A stretch of DNA of 63,270 nucleotides, the filler included, from Platydemus manokwari (lineage: Eukaryota), in NCBI GenBank assembly GCA_037951405.1. It is 5 parts of 5 records of this genome, joined end to end, with 100 filler letters (N's around TTAATTAATTAA, not from the genome) between each part and the next. Parts side by side here need not be neighbours in the genome. Positions count along the whole stretch, not along the records: positions 24,246 to 40,602 come from JBBMOY011183655.1; positions 40,703 to 51,442 come from JBBMOY011109108.1; positions 51,543 to 63,270 come from JBBMOY010497775.1; 2 more parts are not named here. The stretch is one strand, 5' to 3'. Below are positions 38,800-52,759 of the stretch, in pieces. Every line of letters starts with the position of its first letter. The first letter of the stretch is position 1. Under the pieces are notes generated by a model that was not told the origin of the DNA, ran no database searches, and worked only from the letters and a program-made list of their open reading frames with translations. Position numbers and translations under genes: made by a program.

Positions 38800-39480
38800 A
38801 AGATTTTCAAATGTTTCTTCTGTTACTTCATTGATATTTTCTTCAATTTTATCCTTTATTTTGTCAGCATTGTCTGATTTACGATATTAATTAATTTTAT
38901 TTCAACAATTTTTGATAGTTTCAATCCTTAACATTTCTGAAATTTTAACAATATCTTGGCATATATTTAATTTGAAAGAAAAATCGATGATTCGCAATCA
39001 TTAAGAAAAAAATTTATGAGTGTATTTACAAATCAATTTTGACCATATCCAGAGGTTGAATAAGTAAAGTTTTTTTAGGTAAAAATAATAACTTGACATT
39101 TGAACAGTCCAACAATTTATGATAACTGGCATTATAAGGAAGGATTACAATTTTTCCATTTTTCTTGACCATTTCAGTATTTAACACTGTGAGCCATGTT
39201 TTAAATATTTCTGTTATCATCCACGCATTTTTTGACGCAAAATGTAAATCTCTGGAATCTTTAAAATTAAAGTTTTTCATAAATCGGGGATTTTTACGTT
39301 TTCCAATAATAAGTGATTCTAGCTTTTCGCCTCGTAAACTACAACGCCAAAATAAAGTAATTTTTTCTTTGATTTTTAGCTCCATCACAACTGTCACTTT
39401 TCTCAACAGAAGATTTAGATGGAAGATTTTTTATAAATAACGTTGTTTCAACACAATTACATGTTACGTTTCCTATATTC
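38800..39480 (-). mobile_element. Decayed pogo/Tigger (CENP-B-like DDE) transposase
   Basis: KEKITL...GEKL...IGKRKNPR...NAWMITEIFKTWL...YNASYH...LFLPKKT..IQPLD are pogo DDE_1 motifs. Confidence 0.88.
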
Positions 39481-40530
39481 TAAAAAGTATTTATCATAAC
39501 CAGAGTAAAATTCATCTAAACTACAGATGCTTTTGAAAACAACTTATGACAATGAACAATGATTTATGATCCCTATTTAAAAAATAACTAAGATTTGCTA
39601 CGACAAATGTTTATTAATAATTAACACCGATACAAATTGATTAACAATAATAAAATAAAAGTTAAAAATGTATTTTGATACTACACTATACATCAACTCA
39701 TTAACAGACCTTTACATCTATTGAATTAAGAAACGATTTATAAACTCTCTTGAGGAACAAAAACATTACCTTTCAATATGACTGAGCTAAAACTCGATAA
39801 TAAGAGATAAACGATACGATATTTAATATAGATTAGTATTTTACACGAATGTATCTTATTAATTGTAAATGGTTTTTTCTATATTCTGCCTAGAATTTAT
39901 TTATAGGAGTTTTATACATTTTATGTGTGTGTGGGGTTAATGATATAACTGGTCCTATTGAGGGCTTCAATAGCTCGCATTATGACGAAGCTATCGGAAA
40001 CTAGACTGAAAGAAAGGTTAAAAATGATAACTCTGAAAGATATAGTTAACTGTGGCAACAAGGACTTGTGATAAACCTTGACACCAGAGCAATCTATAAG
40101 TTAGAATCGTATTTCCCAGAAATGATAACACTAAATAACCCTTTACTTAAGTAAATGATTTATTTGAGAAAAACGAAACTAAGCAAAAATAAAATGGAAC
40201 AAAAACAAATTTGGCAAATTTGCTGTGCAAGCAGATAACTACTTGATACTCAAAACACCTAGTATCAGAAGGAGATTATCAGAGAGACGACAAAAATATA
40301 TTTTTATAATTGATGAGATGAATTAATTAATAATTACGCAATGAATCAATGACAATAAATAATCTTACGAATACTGTCAGAAAAACGAATCACTGGATAC
40401 TGCGGCAACTCGTGCTGTGTAATCTGGCGGTAAATGCTATGTTTTTCGCTTGCTTTATTTACTGTTTGCTATAGTGTCGTTTCTATAACTGGCGCCATTT
40501 TTATTCTTTGATATTATTTTTTAATTCTTA

Positions 40531-40602
40531 TATTAGGCTGAGTCAAAAGTTATTCATGTTTTTTAGTTGTTTAAAGTTTTTGTTTTACCAAATCATTTAA
40601 AC
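40531..40602 (+). mobile_element. Mariner-like left terminal repeat at a contig edge
   Basis: tattaggctgagtcaaaagttattc resembles the mariner 5' end (TA-TTAGGTTGGTGCAAAAGT); truncated by the gap. Confidence 0.5.
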
Positions 40603-40702
40603 NNNNNNNNNNNNNNNNNNNNNNNNNNNNNNNNNNNNNNNNNNNNTTAATTAATTAANNNNNNNNNNNNNNNNNNNNNNNNNNNNNNNNNNNNNNNNNN
40701 NN
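40603..40702. other. Artificial contig spacer (44 N + TTAATTAATTAA + 44 N)
   Basis: Same structure as the other spacers. Confidence 0.97.
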
Positions 40703-42370
40703 GGTTAAGTAAAATATATTACTACTGCCACACCTATTGTCATCATACAATAAGGCTGTGCGAGGTGAAAGAACAACAACATAAGGTATATCACACACAT
40801 GGCCTTAATCAAGAACTCATAGAAACTGATTAAGTCAGTAGTGGAATCAAATAGGATTAAGCTGATTCAAACAAAAAAATCAAGAAGTCCCGAACGTAAC
40901 ATAAATTGAAACTATAAAAACTGCAATATTTAATATTTTATTTAAGTGGTAATTAATAATAATAATAAGTAACTAATATATCTACTAGAGAAATTATTCT
41001 GCTTGATTTATACAGTGGGGTCATTATTTTGTTCAATCTATGAATTTCATTCATAAGCTAAATTATAATTGGTAATCAGAACAATCATGTTTTTAATAAT
41101 GTTATTCAATCATTCAAAGTTTATATATTTAATTATATTACCTAGTTGCTATATAAGTCTTATGACTGTGATGTGTGATTGGTGTCTATTTTATTTACTA
41201 TAAAATATGAGCACATGAAAACGTTTAAATTGAATAGCTAATATTTTCTCTTAGTGCATTTTCTAAAAATTGATTCTGTCAAATTTTTTGAGACTTATAA
41301 ATTTTTATCCAACAAATGGATTCTTTCAAGGCTAATCAGATGTAAAATAGAATTAAGCCTCTTCACAGAATTCTTAAATTAAGTTTTCTTGTCGAAGTTT
41401 TTTAAAAGCGAAAAGTTCAAATTTTTTCTGTCTATTTATAATATTTTAGTAGTGGAAAAATACCATTGCATATGCTAAATCAAATTAAATAGTTAAATCA
41501 AACTTAAATAGTTTGATCAGCGATAGTTCTCGTCGATGTCCACGCGTTTCTGAAGCTCCCACTATCTTGAAGAACTAATTGATTCTTCAGGGATTATTGG
41601 CCCAAGCTTGATTCTTTTGATATTATCACCCTGGTTACCTTTTCGGATCAGGCCTAAGATACACAAAATCGTACCAACAATATAAATTAACTTTCAAAAT
41701 TTACGAAATAGATCCTTAGTTTTATTATGATTAAATGAGTTAACTTATTTAAATGTTGCGTCTTATCTCTTTAAGACCATCATATGGACTAAAATTTCAT
41801 TTTAGTTATTATTCTTCTTAGCGCCCTTCTAAGAACCTCTTTTGGTTTTGCATTAGATAACAGTTCAATAAATTAAAAGTAATTAGTTTTACTTATTAAC
41901 GTTAGAATATTAAATACAAAATAAGAAATTAATTCAGAGATAATTTCGAATCACTGAAGGATTTAATATTTTTTTCTTAATTTTTAATTATCAAAATTAA
42001 GATAAAATTCGAACGAAAAATAAACAACAACTAGACCAAATTGATTCAGATATAATGAAAATATTTTTAATAAAAGAAACAATTTAACTACAAATAATAT
42101 TTTATAAATGATTGTGACAATATTAATAGGAAACAAAGAAATGCTTTTAATTTCGTTTAATATTTCTTATGAAAGTGAACTACCCAGTGATCTATTTTAT
42201 ACTTGCAAAATGCACTCTATATCTTAAAATTTAATGTTTGCAATTTTATCTACAACAATGAAAATACGATAGAGGAATAAATTTCTTTATTTGAACTATT
42301 TTTTGTTTTGTTTATCTGAAAGTTGTCATTTTGTATTTTATTTGTTCAGTTATAAAAATCATCGATTAAT

Positions 42371-45300
42371 ATGGATAGAAATCAAGTAGAAATGTCACCG
42401 TTGACATATCAAAACTCTCAGAATCCTGCTGCAGAAAATTTGATACATTATAGAAATATATATGCTTCTAATCATGATAGCTTTATTACTAGACGCGTGG
42501 ACTATAGTAAAATGAAGGTTTATGATGAAAAATATCGAAAAGAATCTGAAAGATTGAAGTCTTTGGATAAATTACAAATTGAACATAAACATTTATTAGC
42601 TCCTATGGCAAAAACTGGATTGTATTATAAGGAAGTAAATTAAAATTTTATTGTTATGTATTATCACAATAATTTGATTATATATAGTGTTGCGTAATAA
42701 ATTTAGTTGGTTATTTTTGTGATTATATAGATTATTGATAACATTTTTAATTGGTTACCACCTACATCAAATGATTGTTATCTCTTGTTTATTCAGAATC
42801 CTCCTGTTCCGGATCAAGTGAGCTGTATTTTTTGTCAAGGTGTTTTTTCAAATTGGAAGAAAAACGACGTTCCTGTCAAGCGCCATAAACGCAGCTACCC
42901 GACATGTCCATTTATTATCAATTTGAATGTTGGTGAGTATCAATTATATTTAATTATGAGATGATAATATTCCGTATATCATTGGTAAAATTTTTATATT
43001 TAATATTGTATTAAATTAATATTTAAACTTAGATCTATTTATGGACTGAATTATTAATATTTTATTTTGATATTAACATCCTTGTTTATGAAATTTATTG
43101 AATAATATATGATCAAAGTCCAATCTTAAAATTCTTTCAGTAAATTATTAAAAGTTAAATCAAATGTTTTCAAACGTAAATATTTCCTATATTTTATTTC
43201 TCAGTACGGATGATTAAATGATAATAAATAAATTGTAAAAATAAACAGAAAAGTGATAATTTCATGAAGATGTATTTTGAATGATCATTAGATTCAGATA
43301 ATTACTTTGTAATTGTTTATCGAGTATTTGCTTGAAATTTTCTATGGGTTGGAGATCTCCATTTCAATTTTTGTTTAATTTGTCTCTTTAATTTTGTGAA
43401 GATACTTTTAATTGGAATGAGGAATCGTTATGGGGTTAAACACTTATATGACATAAATAGTCGTCACAAGGACATTATATCAAATATTCTTGATAAATAA
43501 ATACAAATGCATAAATATAATTACGAACCAAGTATAAATGAAGTCTCCAAATTGTAATTGTTCTAAATATTGGATAAATAAATGTTATTATCGTGCGAAA
43601 GCGTGTGGTATATTTTTACTTTCTACGAACAAAGATTTTCTACAATATTTCGTTGACACCAAGATACACATCTGTGTTATTTTTTACTACTATTTTCTTT
43701 TTTGGTTAATATTTTATGTTATTAAACAATGGCGATTTTTATCAATTATTGATTGCTTGATATGTTGTTGTCAAATATTGAATATAAACATTTAATAACA
43801 TGTTCATTAATCGAATCATTGAATTTAAGATGGTGAATTATTATGATTTATGAAGCTTTACCCCTTTACTATAATTAATAGAAAGTAACAGGTAAAGGTT
43901 AAAGCAATATAAGCAGTACGGGAGGGAGGGAGACAATAATCTTAAACCACCTGCAATACCAAGGATAAATAATCTTCCTCCTCTCTTATATATGTGCTTG
44001 TGTTAATATAATATCAGTTACAAGACACTCAAAAACTCAAACTACAGAAGATTTATTAAATATATCTTAAAGTTTAGTTTTAACAGCAAATATACAAAGT
44101 CATTATATGGGTCAAAATAATTGTCCTCGGAGCCAAGGAGACTTCGTTCTTGATTAGTATTTATGTACAAGGAATGTTGAACAATTGCAGATTTAATGAG
44201 TAAGATATAAAAATCCACCGCAATTGATTCGAATTAATAAATATTGGCATTCATAAAAGTGGAACTTTACGATTTTTGAGAGAGATTTTTAAATAGCGAT
44301 TACCTCTAACAATAATTTTTAAAAAGTCATTTGTATGTGAAAATGTTATTTCTTCTTCAACGTCGTCTGAAAATTTCAATTTTATTTTAATAAATTATAG
44401 TTTAAATAAATATTTATTATTAATAAATATTTTTATCAGGAAATGAACCATTGAAAAATGAATGTGGTAAATATTCTAATGAAGAGTGAGTAACAATAAT
44501 CGATATAAATTTTGTTTATTTTATTATTTATTATTAGTCCGAATGTTAAACCATCAAAAAGTATAGTTATATACAATGTTTCTACTTCAAGCACCAATAT
44601 TGTAAAAGAAATTTTTGACAAGATTGACAAATTAGATGTCAATTTTCGAGAGAAATCTTTTGTGGATTTTCCAAATTTAAAACATTTGGCATTACAAGGA
44701 TTGTTTGTCTCAAATGAAGGTGATAACAAATCAATGCATGAATGATAATTATAATAATTTGATTAGACTCGCAATCAAATGTAAAATGTTGTTGGTGTTT
44801 AAGAGAAACACCAATTCTTGACGGAATTGAAAAGCTGGAAAATGATTTGATGCATAAAAATGATTGCAAATATAAAAATCTAAAACGAGTTATATCGGCA
44901 GATGCGGAATTATTAAATAAATCGAAAGACTTTTGTGTTGTGGAGTTTTCTTTGATATCTGAAGAAATCGACGCACGAATGGATTTAATAAGTACAAACA
45001 AAGTAACGATTTATTTTTTCACATTATTTTATTTTGACTATTAATATTATAATATTTCGTCTTATTTTATCTCAATATAGTATAAGGTGTAGTAATGGAA
45101 ATTGAAACCTATAAAAATCAACTCCCCCTAATTAATAATTTGGAATTTAGGAGTAATTTTAGAATATGAAATAACAGAAAAATTTATGAAAAAATAGCAA
45201 AATAAGAAATGTTTAAATTGGTTTTATTGGTCATTCGAGAACCTATCAAAATAAGGTAAGTCTTTTTGGATTTGTACAAGTTGGGAAATGGTGAAAAAAT

Positions 45301-48300
45301 TTACTGAATAAAAATGTTTTTTATTTTTTATTCACTTTTATAATATAGCGCTAATTATTTTTGATCACACTGATTAATTTTAAAAAGAAAAACTCAGAGG
45401 CAATTTAATTAAGATTAATTGCTAGGGTAAGTTGAGGTTGGATGAATCCAGAATTGATCAATGATTATTTAAATGAGGATTGGAAGAAAAGTAAAACTGA
45501 TTATCGAGAATAATTATTCCTGCCATATAATTGGTTTTTCCACGTGAATCAGTGGCCACATAGTCTTCTGAATAATTAATTTTCCGACAATAATTGTTAT
45601 GATTCATTTATTTCATACTAGCATTAGATGGAAACAATCATAAGATAAACCATTGTAAATTCACTTGAAAGTAAGTTTCACTAAAATACCGTGCATAACG
45701 CACGTTATTATTTTAAATTATTTTTCCATTGTGCAATGAAATGGATTTTTGAGATTTGGAAAAAATAGTTTTTTATACAAGAATAATTGAATAATTATAC
45801 AATACAGAAAGTAAACGAATTACAAATATGTAATTAAAATTTAATCTTCTTTGACAAAATAAATATAATTGTTGGATAGATCACATAAACAGTTAAAATA
45901 TTTATGGTAACCATGGAAATAACCCTTAAAGGGTTGATGGACACATTCAATAAACGCAAGTGCCAATAACCAATCAGATTTCAATATCAATCTGTATTTA
46001 GAAGTTAATAATCGACTAGCGCATACCAACAAATTGCAACAAAACGATATTAGTCAATCAACAAGAAATGTCAAAAATACTAAGTATGAAATAATTCAAA
46101 TGAAGCTGCGGGACATCAAGTGAACAAACAAGAGGTATATAAAAGACGTTGGATTCATTAAGCAACTATCAGTTCTTTTGATTGTCTTCTATTATGTATT
46201 TAGCTATTATATTGTGATACGGTTTTGCTTGTATCTATTGACTTGCAATTCTAGTATTTTAAATGATAATTTTCAGATTTTATTGTTAGTAAATATCAAA
46301 CAATCATAAGATATTTCTATCAAGAAATGTTGAAATATTATTTTATTAATTAGAAAAATAAGTTATTGGTGAAAATTATCAGTATACTGAAGTGTGAAAA
46401 TGAAGAAAGCAAATTTTGTGAAATGTGCAATTGGATAATATATTGTTGTGCTGGCTTATTCAATTCATATAATTCCAATTAATTGAACAAAAAGAACTTT
46501 GCTTGTATCAATATTTTGATAGTCATTGTGACGTTTCATTCACATTTGGATATAAATAGTTATTATATTAGAAATCTTGATTTTAGAGTAATTTTATTTG
46601 GGAAATGTTTTGATGGATTAGTTTGTTCTTAAGCTTACATGCAATCCTATTTAGCTTGACATTCAACAAAAAAATTAAGGTCGTATGTCAAATAAGAGAT
46701 TAAAAACAAAGGCCAAGATTTCGATTCTCAATTTGAATTATTTCGTGAATTAATGAAGGATAACAGAAATTTAGCAGAAAATAAGAAAGTTCAAATCATC
46801 AAAATTTCAAATTCAAATGGACAAGATAGTGAATTTAAAATCAACAAAGACATACCAGGAAGTTTTATTGATTATTTAATGGAAATGAATATTGAAGAGA
46901 ATACTTCTGATTTGAAAGATTTTAATAAATATTTTTTGGATTTTTATGCAAATCCCTTGTAAATATTTATGATTACTTTGTTTAACACAGGTTAAAAATA
47001 GAGATTATACACAATATTGGCTTCATATCGTCCTCGAAAACATGGGATTATTCTGTGGTTTTAAAAGGTATCTTTATAATTGATGATGCATTAAAAAGGG
47101 TAGCAATATATCGATATTGAATTCCACCTGTTCAAGGTTGGAAATTTAGAACTCAATAACTAGTAGATTTGTGATTTAGTGAAATTGATGATCAAAAGAA
47201 TTTTGTAATGGCTGATGAGTTGAGGATTGTGCCCAATCTGCTGATTGTTCTGTTAATTCTGAGGTAACAATTTGGAATTGCATTTGATTGGCTTAATCAG
47301 AGGTAAAATTGTCATTGGCAAATGCATTTAGTGAAAGCAGCTGAAACATCTTTGTAAGAGTTTGGGTGCAATATGCATTTTAGTAATATACCAAGTTGAG
47401 ACCAAAGAAATAATCTGTTCATCACTCATTGTAGGAGTTGGGATTATCAGGAAACACAAAGACATTTATATATTAGAAGATATTGTAATTTTAATATTCT
47501 GAAAAATCACACAAGTAAAGAGAGTCGTTTAAAGTAAAGCATATTAAATTTCGGTCAACTCGGTTTCTAATTATAACTACTCATTTGCTAATGGTATCTA
47601 CTTTTTTCTATCTGACATCCACTATGTTGGTAGTTATGCATTTTTCTACTACAGTCCGACAGTCGTCTAGTTCACTCAGAGAGTGCCACTTTTGATTTGA
47701 TCCAACGATAACCATTGGAATTAATTTCATGTTTTTGATACTTCCAACGATTTAATGAATCTCGAAATTCAAAGCCTGGTATTTCGACATTATATTTTTC
47801 GTTGTTTACAGAATTCGAAACTTGTATTTCTTCTAACATTTGTGGAAATGAAATCACATTTTCAAATAATGATATTCGAAACCGATTAAGTTGTTTAACT
47901 TACTATCTTATTTCATGCTATTCCAGCAGGTTAACATTATTTTCCTAATCCTATTTTATATTATTGAGTTATAGTTTACGCCTTCTAAGTCATTAGCATT
48001 ACTAATTTATTACTGGAAATTATTTTAATCTTAGTAAAGATGCCATTTTGGGAAATATTTGGTCGATTGTTTATTGTTGACATTGGTGATATATCTGAAT
48101 AAATTGTGAAAAATCTATATTTTTGTCAGAAAATGTATTTTTTCAAACATAATTTCGATTAATTTTTCTGTTTGTATGCTTCAACTTGATTGCTCTATCA
48201 TTTATCGTATTTATTAACAAAATTTAGATGTTATGATCCATATTTCTGATTTTAAAATTATTTTTATTTAATTTTAACTGCATTGATGAAAACAAGACTT

Positions 48301-49320
48301 TGTTAAATGACTTTATTTGTTAATAATAATTAATTTAAAAATCATGTGGCATTTGACATAATTTTCTTGAAAATTGTTTTTCAATTGTGACTTGAGAATG
48401 TTTAATTAATATTTATCACTTTGATATTATTTCCGAATAGCCTTTCAACATTTAGTACTGTAAATTGGGAAAATTATGAAATGAGAGTAGCTGCAGTTTT
48501 AAATTCAGCATGAAAATTCTTTAGTAGTGTGAAAATAATTTTTTATTATTGAGGTTTGTTTTTGAAATTTCCTAAGATCATTGTTTCTTATTATAACATA
48601 AGCATTTAAAAATTTCCACGGATTGAAATGAAAAACATTTAATTCCTGGAAATTATAAACATGGTTTTTCTCAGTTGAATTCTTTTAAATAGCATGATAT
48701 TTATGTCGATATATTCAAGTTTAATTACTTGCGAAAGAATAATTGTGGTTATTTCGAGGTTTTGATATCATAATGTAAAAACGCAATTGTTTCGTTCACA
48801 TTTGGCTACAAATAAATCGGATTTTATGTGCAATAGAAATGTAAGAAATTGCGATTGTAGAATTATTTTACTTGGGGATATATTTTGTTGAATTCGTTTT
48901 ATTCTTGTTTTCATGTCATCTTAATTTAGTATCTCAACTGTGACGTTCAAAGGGAAAAAGTAAGATCACTAATTGAATATAGGCTTAAAAGTAAAGGTGA
49001 AGATTTCGATTCTCATTTCGAACTAATTCACGAATTAAAGAACGGCAAAAAAAATTTTAACAGTGGACAATCATTATCTGAACAAAGTACAATTTATTTT
49101 GATAAGTATTATTTTTGAATTCTTCATTTTAGATTTCATTTTGAGTGAATTTCCATGTGTTGTCTGCTTAGATAATTCAGTGGAAGTGATTTTTTTGCCA
49201 TGTGGTCATTTGAAAACGTGTCTAAGTTGTTCAGACAAGATGGTTAATTGTCCTGTTTGTAGAGTTCAGATTACGAAACGAGTTAAAAGGTTCAGATTTA
49301 ACGAAAGGCAGGAACAGTAA
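42371..49320 (+). CDS. Inhibitor of apoptosis (IAP/BIRC) protein, BIR-BIR(degenerate)-UBA-RING; exons ~42371-42634, 42797-42932, 44440-44485, 44538-44719, 44767-45002, 48930-49087, 49133-49320
   Basis: BIR1 has canonical CX2CX16HX6C (ERLKSL...AKTGLYY...DQVSCIFC...W...D.P...H...YPTCPF) followed by VGNEP. A second BIR-like repeat follows. The UBA-like segment is IDARMD...VRSLIEYRLKSKGEDF, and the C3HC4 RING is CVVCLD...FLPCGHLKTCLSC...CPVCR. Splice phases are consistent. Confidence 0.9.
46500..46962 (+). pseudogene. Degenerate intronic duplicate of the IAP UBA exon plus its upstream intron flank
   Basis: KNKGQDFDSQFELFREL parallels KSKGEDFDSHFELIHEL of the 48930 exon. Intron sequence ~46520-46654 resembles ~48790-48929. 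The frame is disrupted near 46670-46700. Confidence 0.7.
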
Positions 49321-51037
49321 AATGTTATATCATAATATTCAAATAAAAATAATATTTTATAGATTTTCGAAAATTTGTACATGAAGGATAACGCTTATCT
49401 GTTTGCACTGTGAGCAAAATGGTGCACGGTTTGCCATTTTATTCAGAATAACTATTACTCGTATATTTTGTTGTTAATGGTTACACAATGGTAGTTAAAA
49501 ATAAATATTTTAACGATTTTTTTTAATCAAACTTAGTTGTTTAATAATATTAAATTCAAAAATCCATTGGCTTACTTTCGAACTCACAATCATATCAATT
49601 TATGTATAAATCATACTCAGCTTGTTTTGGAAATATGATCACTAATTGCTTTTTTCCTTTCAAGTTAATTGATTACCGGTCACTGTTTTGTTATGATTTT
49701 GATAACGTTGATTTAACTGAAGTGGCGTTCTTTTGTAGTTTTTTGTTGATTTTTTTCAAATATAATTTTTCATAGTCTTTATTATAGTGTTAAATCAGCT
49801 TAATTTATCATTATTTTCTTTTCGTCACAAACAAGTAAAAATGAAATTGCATTTTTATATTTGAATTTAATGATGCCGAAAAGTGAAGATAAAAGGATAA
49901 TATTTTTATCAGAAATAAAAATATAATATATTCAGTAAGTTCGACAAGTGGTTATAAAATTAGTTATCACTAATAGATTTAGTTTTAGATTAAGAATTTA
50001 GTGTTAGTCAATTCCATGTTATTTGTTATTTCTCTACATATTCGTCTAATTTTTCTACTTATTTCTTTCCCACTATAAAATTTTTCCTTTGGAGTGATCA
50101 TTTTCCCTCTAAGTTTTGCATGACTATACAATCATGTAATGTGTTCTCGAACATAGACTGATTACGTTTGTATTCTTCACCAAAAGGTCTTCAAATTAGT
50201 CTTCAAACATTTTCTTATCCGAATTTCTTGATTTTAATTGTCGACATTATTGGATGTGGGTTGAATTAATGATAGTAAATTTAAAAATGGTTTATATGAG
50301 GGAAGTATTATAAAAATATTTTAAGATCAAAATATATTTGGCATAGATTTAAGGAATACAGAAAATTTTCGGAAATATGTACGATGATTTCGAAACAATG
50401 GGATGGAAATTGTAATTATTCAATTGAAATATAAATCAAAATTTTATTAGTGATGATTTGTTCTCTACTTAATTTAAATAAGTAGTACTCCGAAAATTGA
50501 TTATTGCATCGAATATCTGACAACTAACCAAATTTATATGCAGATTGTAACTCCAGATACTGCGTAATAAATAATGATAGAAAAATATAATAAAAAAATC
50601 CAAATTAACAAATATGAGATCTAATCTAAAATCCGACACAAAATGACCTTAATTATCGTTACTAATTCGTCTATAATCACGACTTCTACATCACATAGCT
50701 ATCAATCATACACTTATATTATTATTTAATGCTACGCATTTTGTTTTCCTGTAGAAATTTCTTATTTTTAAATATAATTTTAAGTACAGTTTTAAAAATA
50801 ATTTTCTTAAGTAATATTATTATTTACGTTTGTTAATTCAATATCAATTTCATATCCGAAGAAACTGTTACAAATAACTTTTTTTAATCTCATATTTAAA
50901 TTTATAAATATTTCAATCTTATTTGTTAACCATTTTCATCATTTTTTCTAATATAGAAATTTAGGGGAAATTCTTTTTGTTGGTTTATTATTTTTTCTTT
51001 ATTTATAGATCCTAATTTATATAATTTTATTTAGATA

Positions 51038-51442
51038 TCATATATTGAAATATAAACTGTAATGATTACCATTCTTTGCTGCAAATATTTTTTTACCGTA
51101 CTTTAAAGATAAAATATTAAAATAAATAAATTTGCCTCCAAATTGTTTCCCGTTATCAGAGAGAATGCTCTTTGTCTTTCCAAAACGATAAATCCACGAG
51201 TTCAAAATGACCTGGAAAATTGTCTTTTCGTCTTGCCTAGCTGTAGCAGTGAGGCTCACTAGCTTGTTGAATCTGTCGATAATGACTACTAGATACTTCT
51301 TGTCCAACACAATTTGCTCTTGAAATTCAGAGCCTAACTGAGGGAGCAGAAACTCTTTAGTTCTGGATTGATCAATCTTTCTCTTTGCACATATCATACA
51401 TTCTTTCAGTATCTTTTTGATGGTGTTGAACATGTCTGGCCA
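51038..51442 (-). mobile_element. Gypsy-type integrase fragment (zinc finger CxxC plus rve core), cut by the gap
   Basis: ECMICAKRK...YLVVIIDRFNK...WIYRFGKTKSILSDNGKQF. Confidence 0.88.
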
Positions 51443-51542
51443 NNNNNNNNNNNNNNNNNNNNNNNNNNNNNNNNNNNNNNNNNNNNTTAATTAATTAANN
51501 NNNNNNNNNNNNNNNNNNNNNNNNNNNNNNNNNNNNNNNNNN
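51443..51542. other. Artificial contig spacer (44 N + TTAATTAATTAA + 44 N)
   Basis: Same structure as the other spacers. Confidence 0.97.
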
Positions 51543-52759
51543 AGTTAGAATTTTTGCCCTTAATAATCTCTAGAATAAAATCTGAATTCAATAATATTAA
51601 TCAATCATCCTAATCAATGTAAAATATCTGAGTGATCTTGTGTTAATGACCACAAAGAATATAGAAAAAACTCAGGCCTCCTCAATGCAATTAAAAAAAC
51701 GTGACCCGACTGTACTGTGAAACGATTCACTTTGTTGTAGGGGTTCATGGAACTTGCAAACACAGACCGGCAATACAGTACTTAAGAAACTAGAGATTGA
51801 TAAAAATGGTAAACAAAATAGCTTGTGCTTGTACAAAGTTGAATATAGGTGCATTCTATCTGCAATGGATGTTCCAAATTGGAAAAAGGTCTGTAACAAA
51901 GACAGCTTTATAAATAGGAGAAGAGAATATTCCAGACAACAGCAATTAGAACGCGAAGACAAAACTGACTGAAACGTTGAATTGATTGTATGATTGAAGT
52001 AGTGAATTGTGATTCATGAAACAATAAGGGGAAAGAACCATGTACATCCCGTATTTCCATGTATGGGTATCTCGATTATCAATGTTTATGGTTAAACATT
52101 TATATAATTGTTTACTCGTACGAAAATAGCCTTTTAACAACGATTCTTATTCACTTAAGTATTTGATTTCAAAGCTGCTGTGTTTTTAAAATTTATTAAT
52201 TTTAGTTCTTGATGTTTAATTTTTGACAAGACTAGCCTTCGATGTTTCATAAGAAACGAGGTTTTTCATAGTTACTAGATATTTATCATGTTTATAGTTA
52301 TTTATTATCTAATTATCATACAAAAAACATTAAAAGAAAAACTGCATTCGTTAATTTATAAAAATGTAAATTTCAAAAAAGTCATAATATTTTTAGGTTA
52401 ATATTTTTTAGCTCGACATGTATAAATATAAATAAATTGTTTATTAAAATTTTATTTTGGAAGTTTAATACTATGTTCAAAAGTTTTGAGTTTATAAACA
52501 ATAAATTGAATATTCGTTTGATAGACATAAATTTGGTTATAGTTTCTTATTATACGAAATAGTAAATTATACCCCGTAATATCTTTCATGTTTGTAAACA
52601 GGCATTATTTGATTATGAAATAAACCACTAGTATAATGAAGGGAATTCTAAATTAATGTATTTGTAGGATTACATTTAATAAACTCAAGACTTAGAAGAC
52701 TTATCCAATTATTTAAATAATTTTGTTTTAATAATATAATTTATGTAAGAAAATTTAAA

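Noticed and set aside
45950-46260. TATA-containing segment in an IAP intron resembling a solo LTR
   Set aside because: Could not define TG...CA ends or a target-site duplication.
8568-49320. Pseudo-E2s plus IAP as a physically clustered ubiquitin module
   Set aside because: They are separated by over 30 kb, unrelated genes and three artificial joins; any link is functional speculation only.
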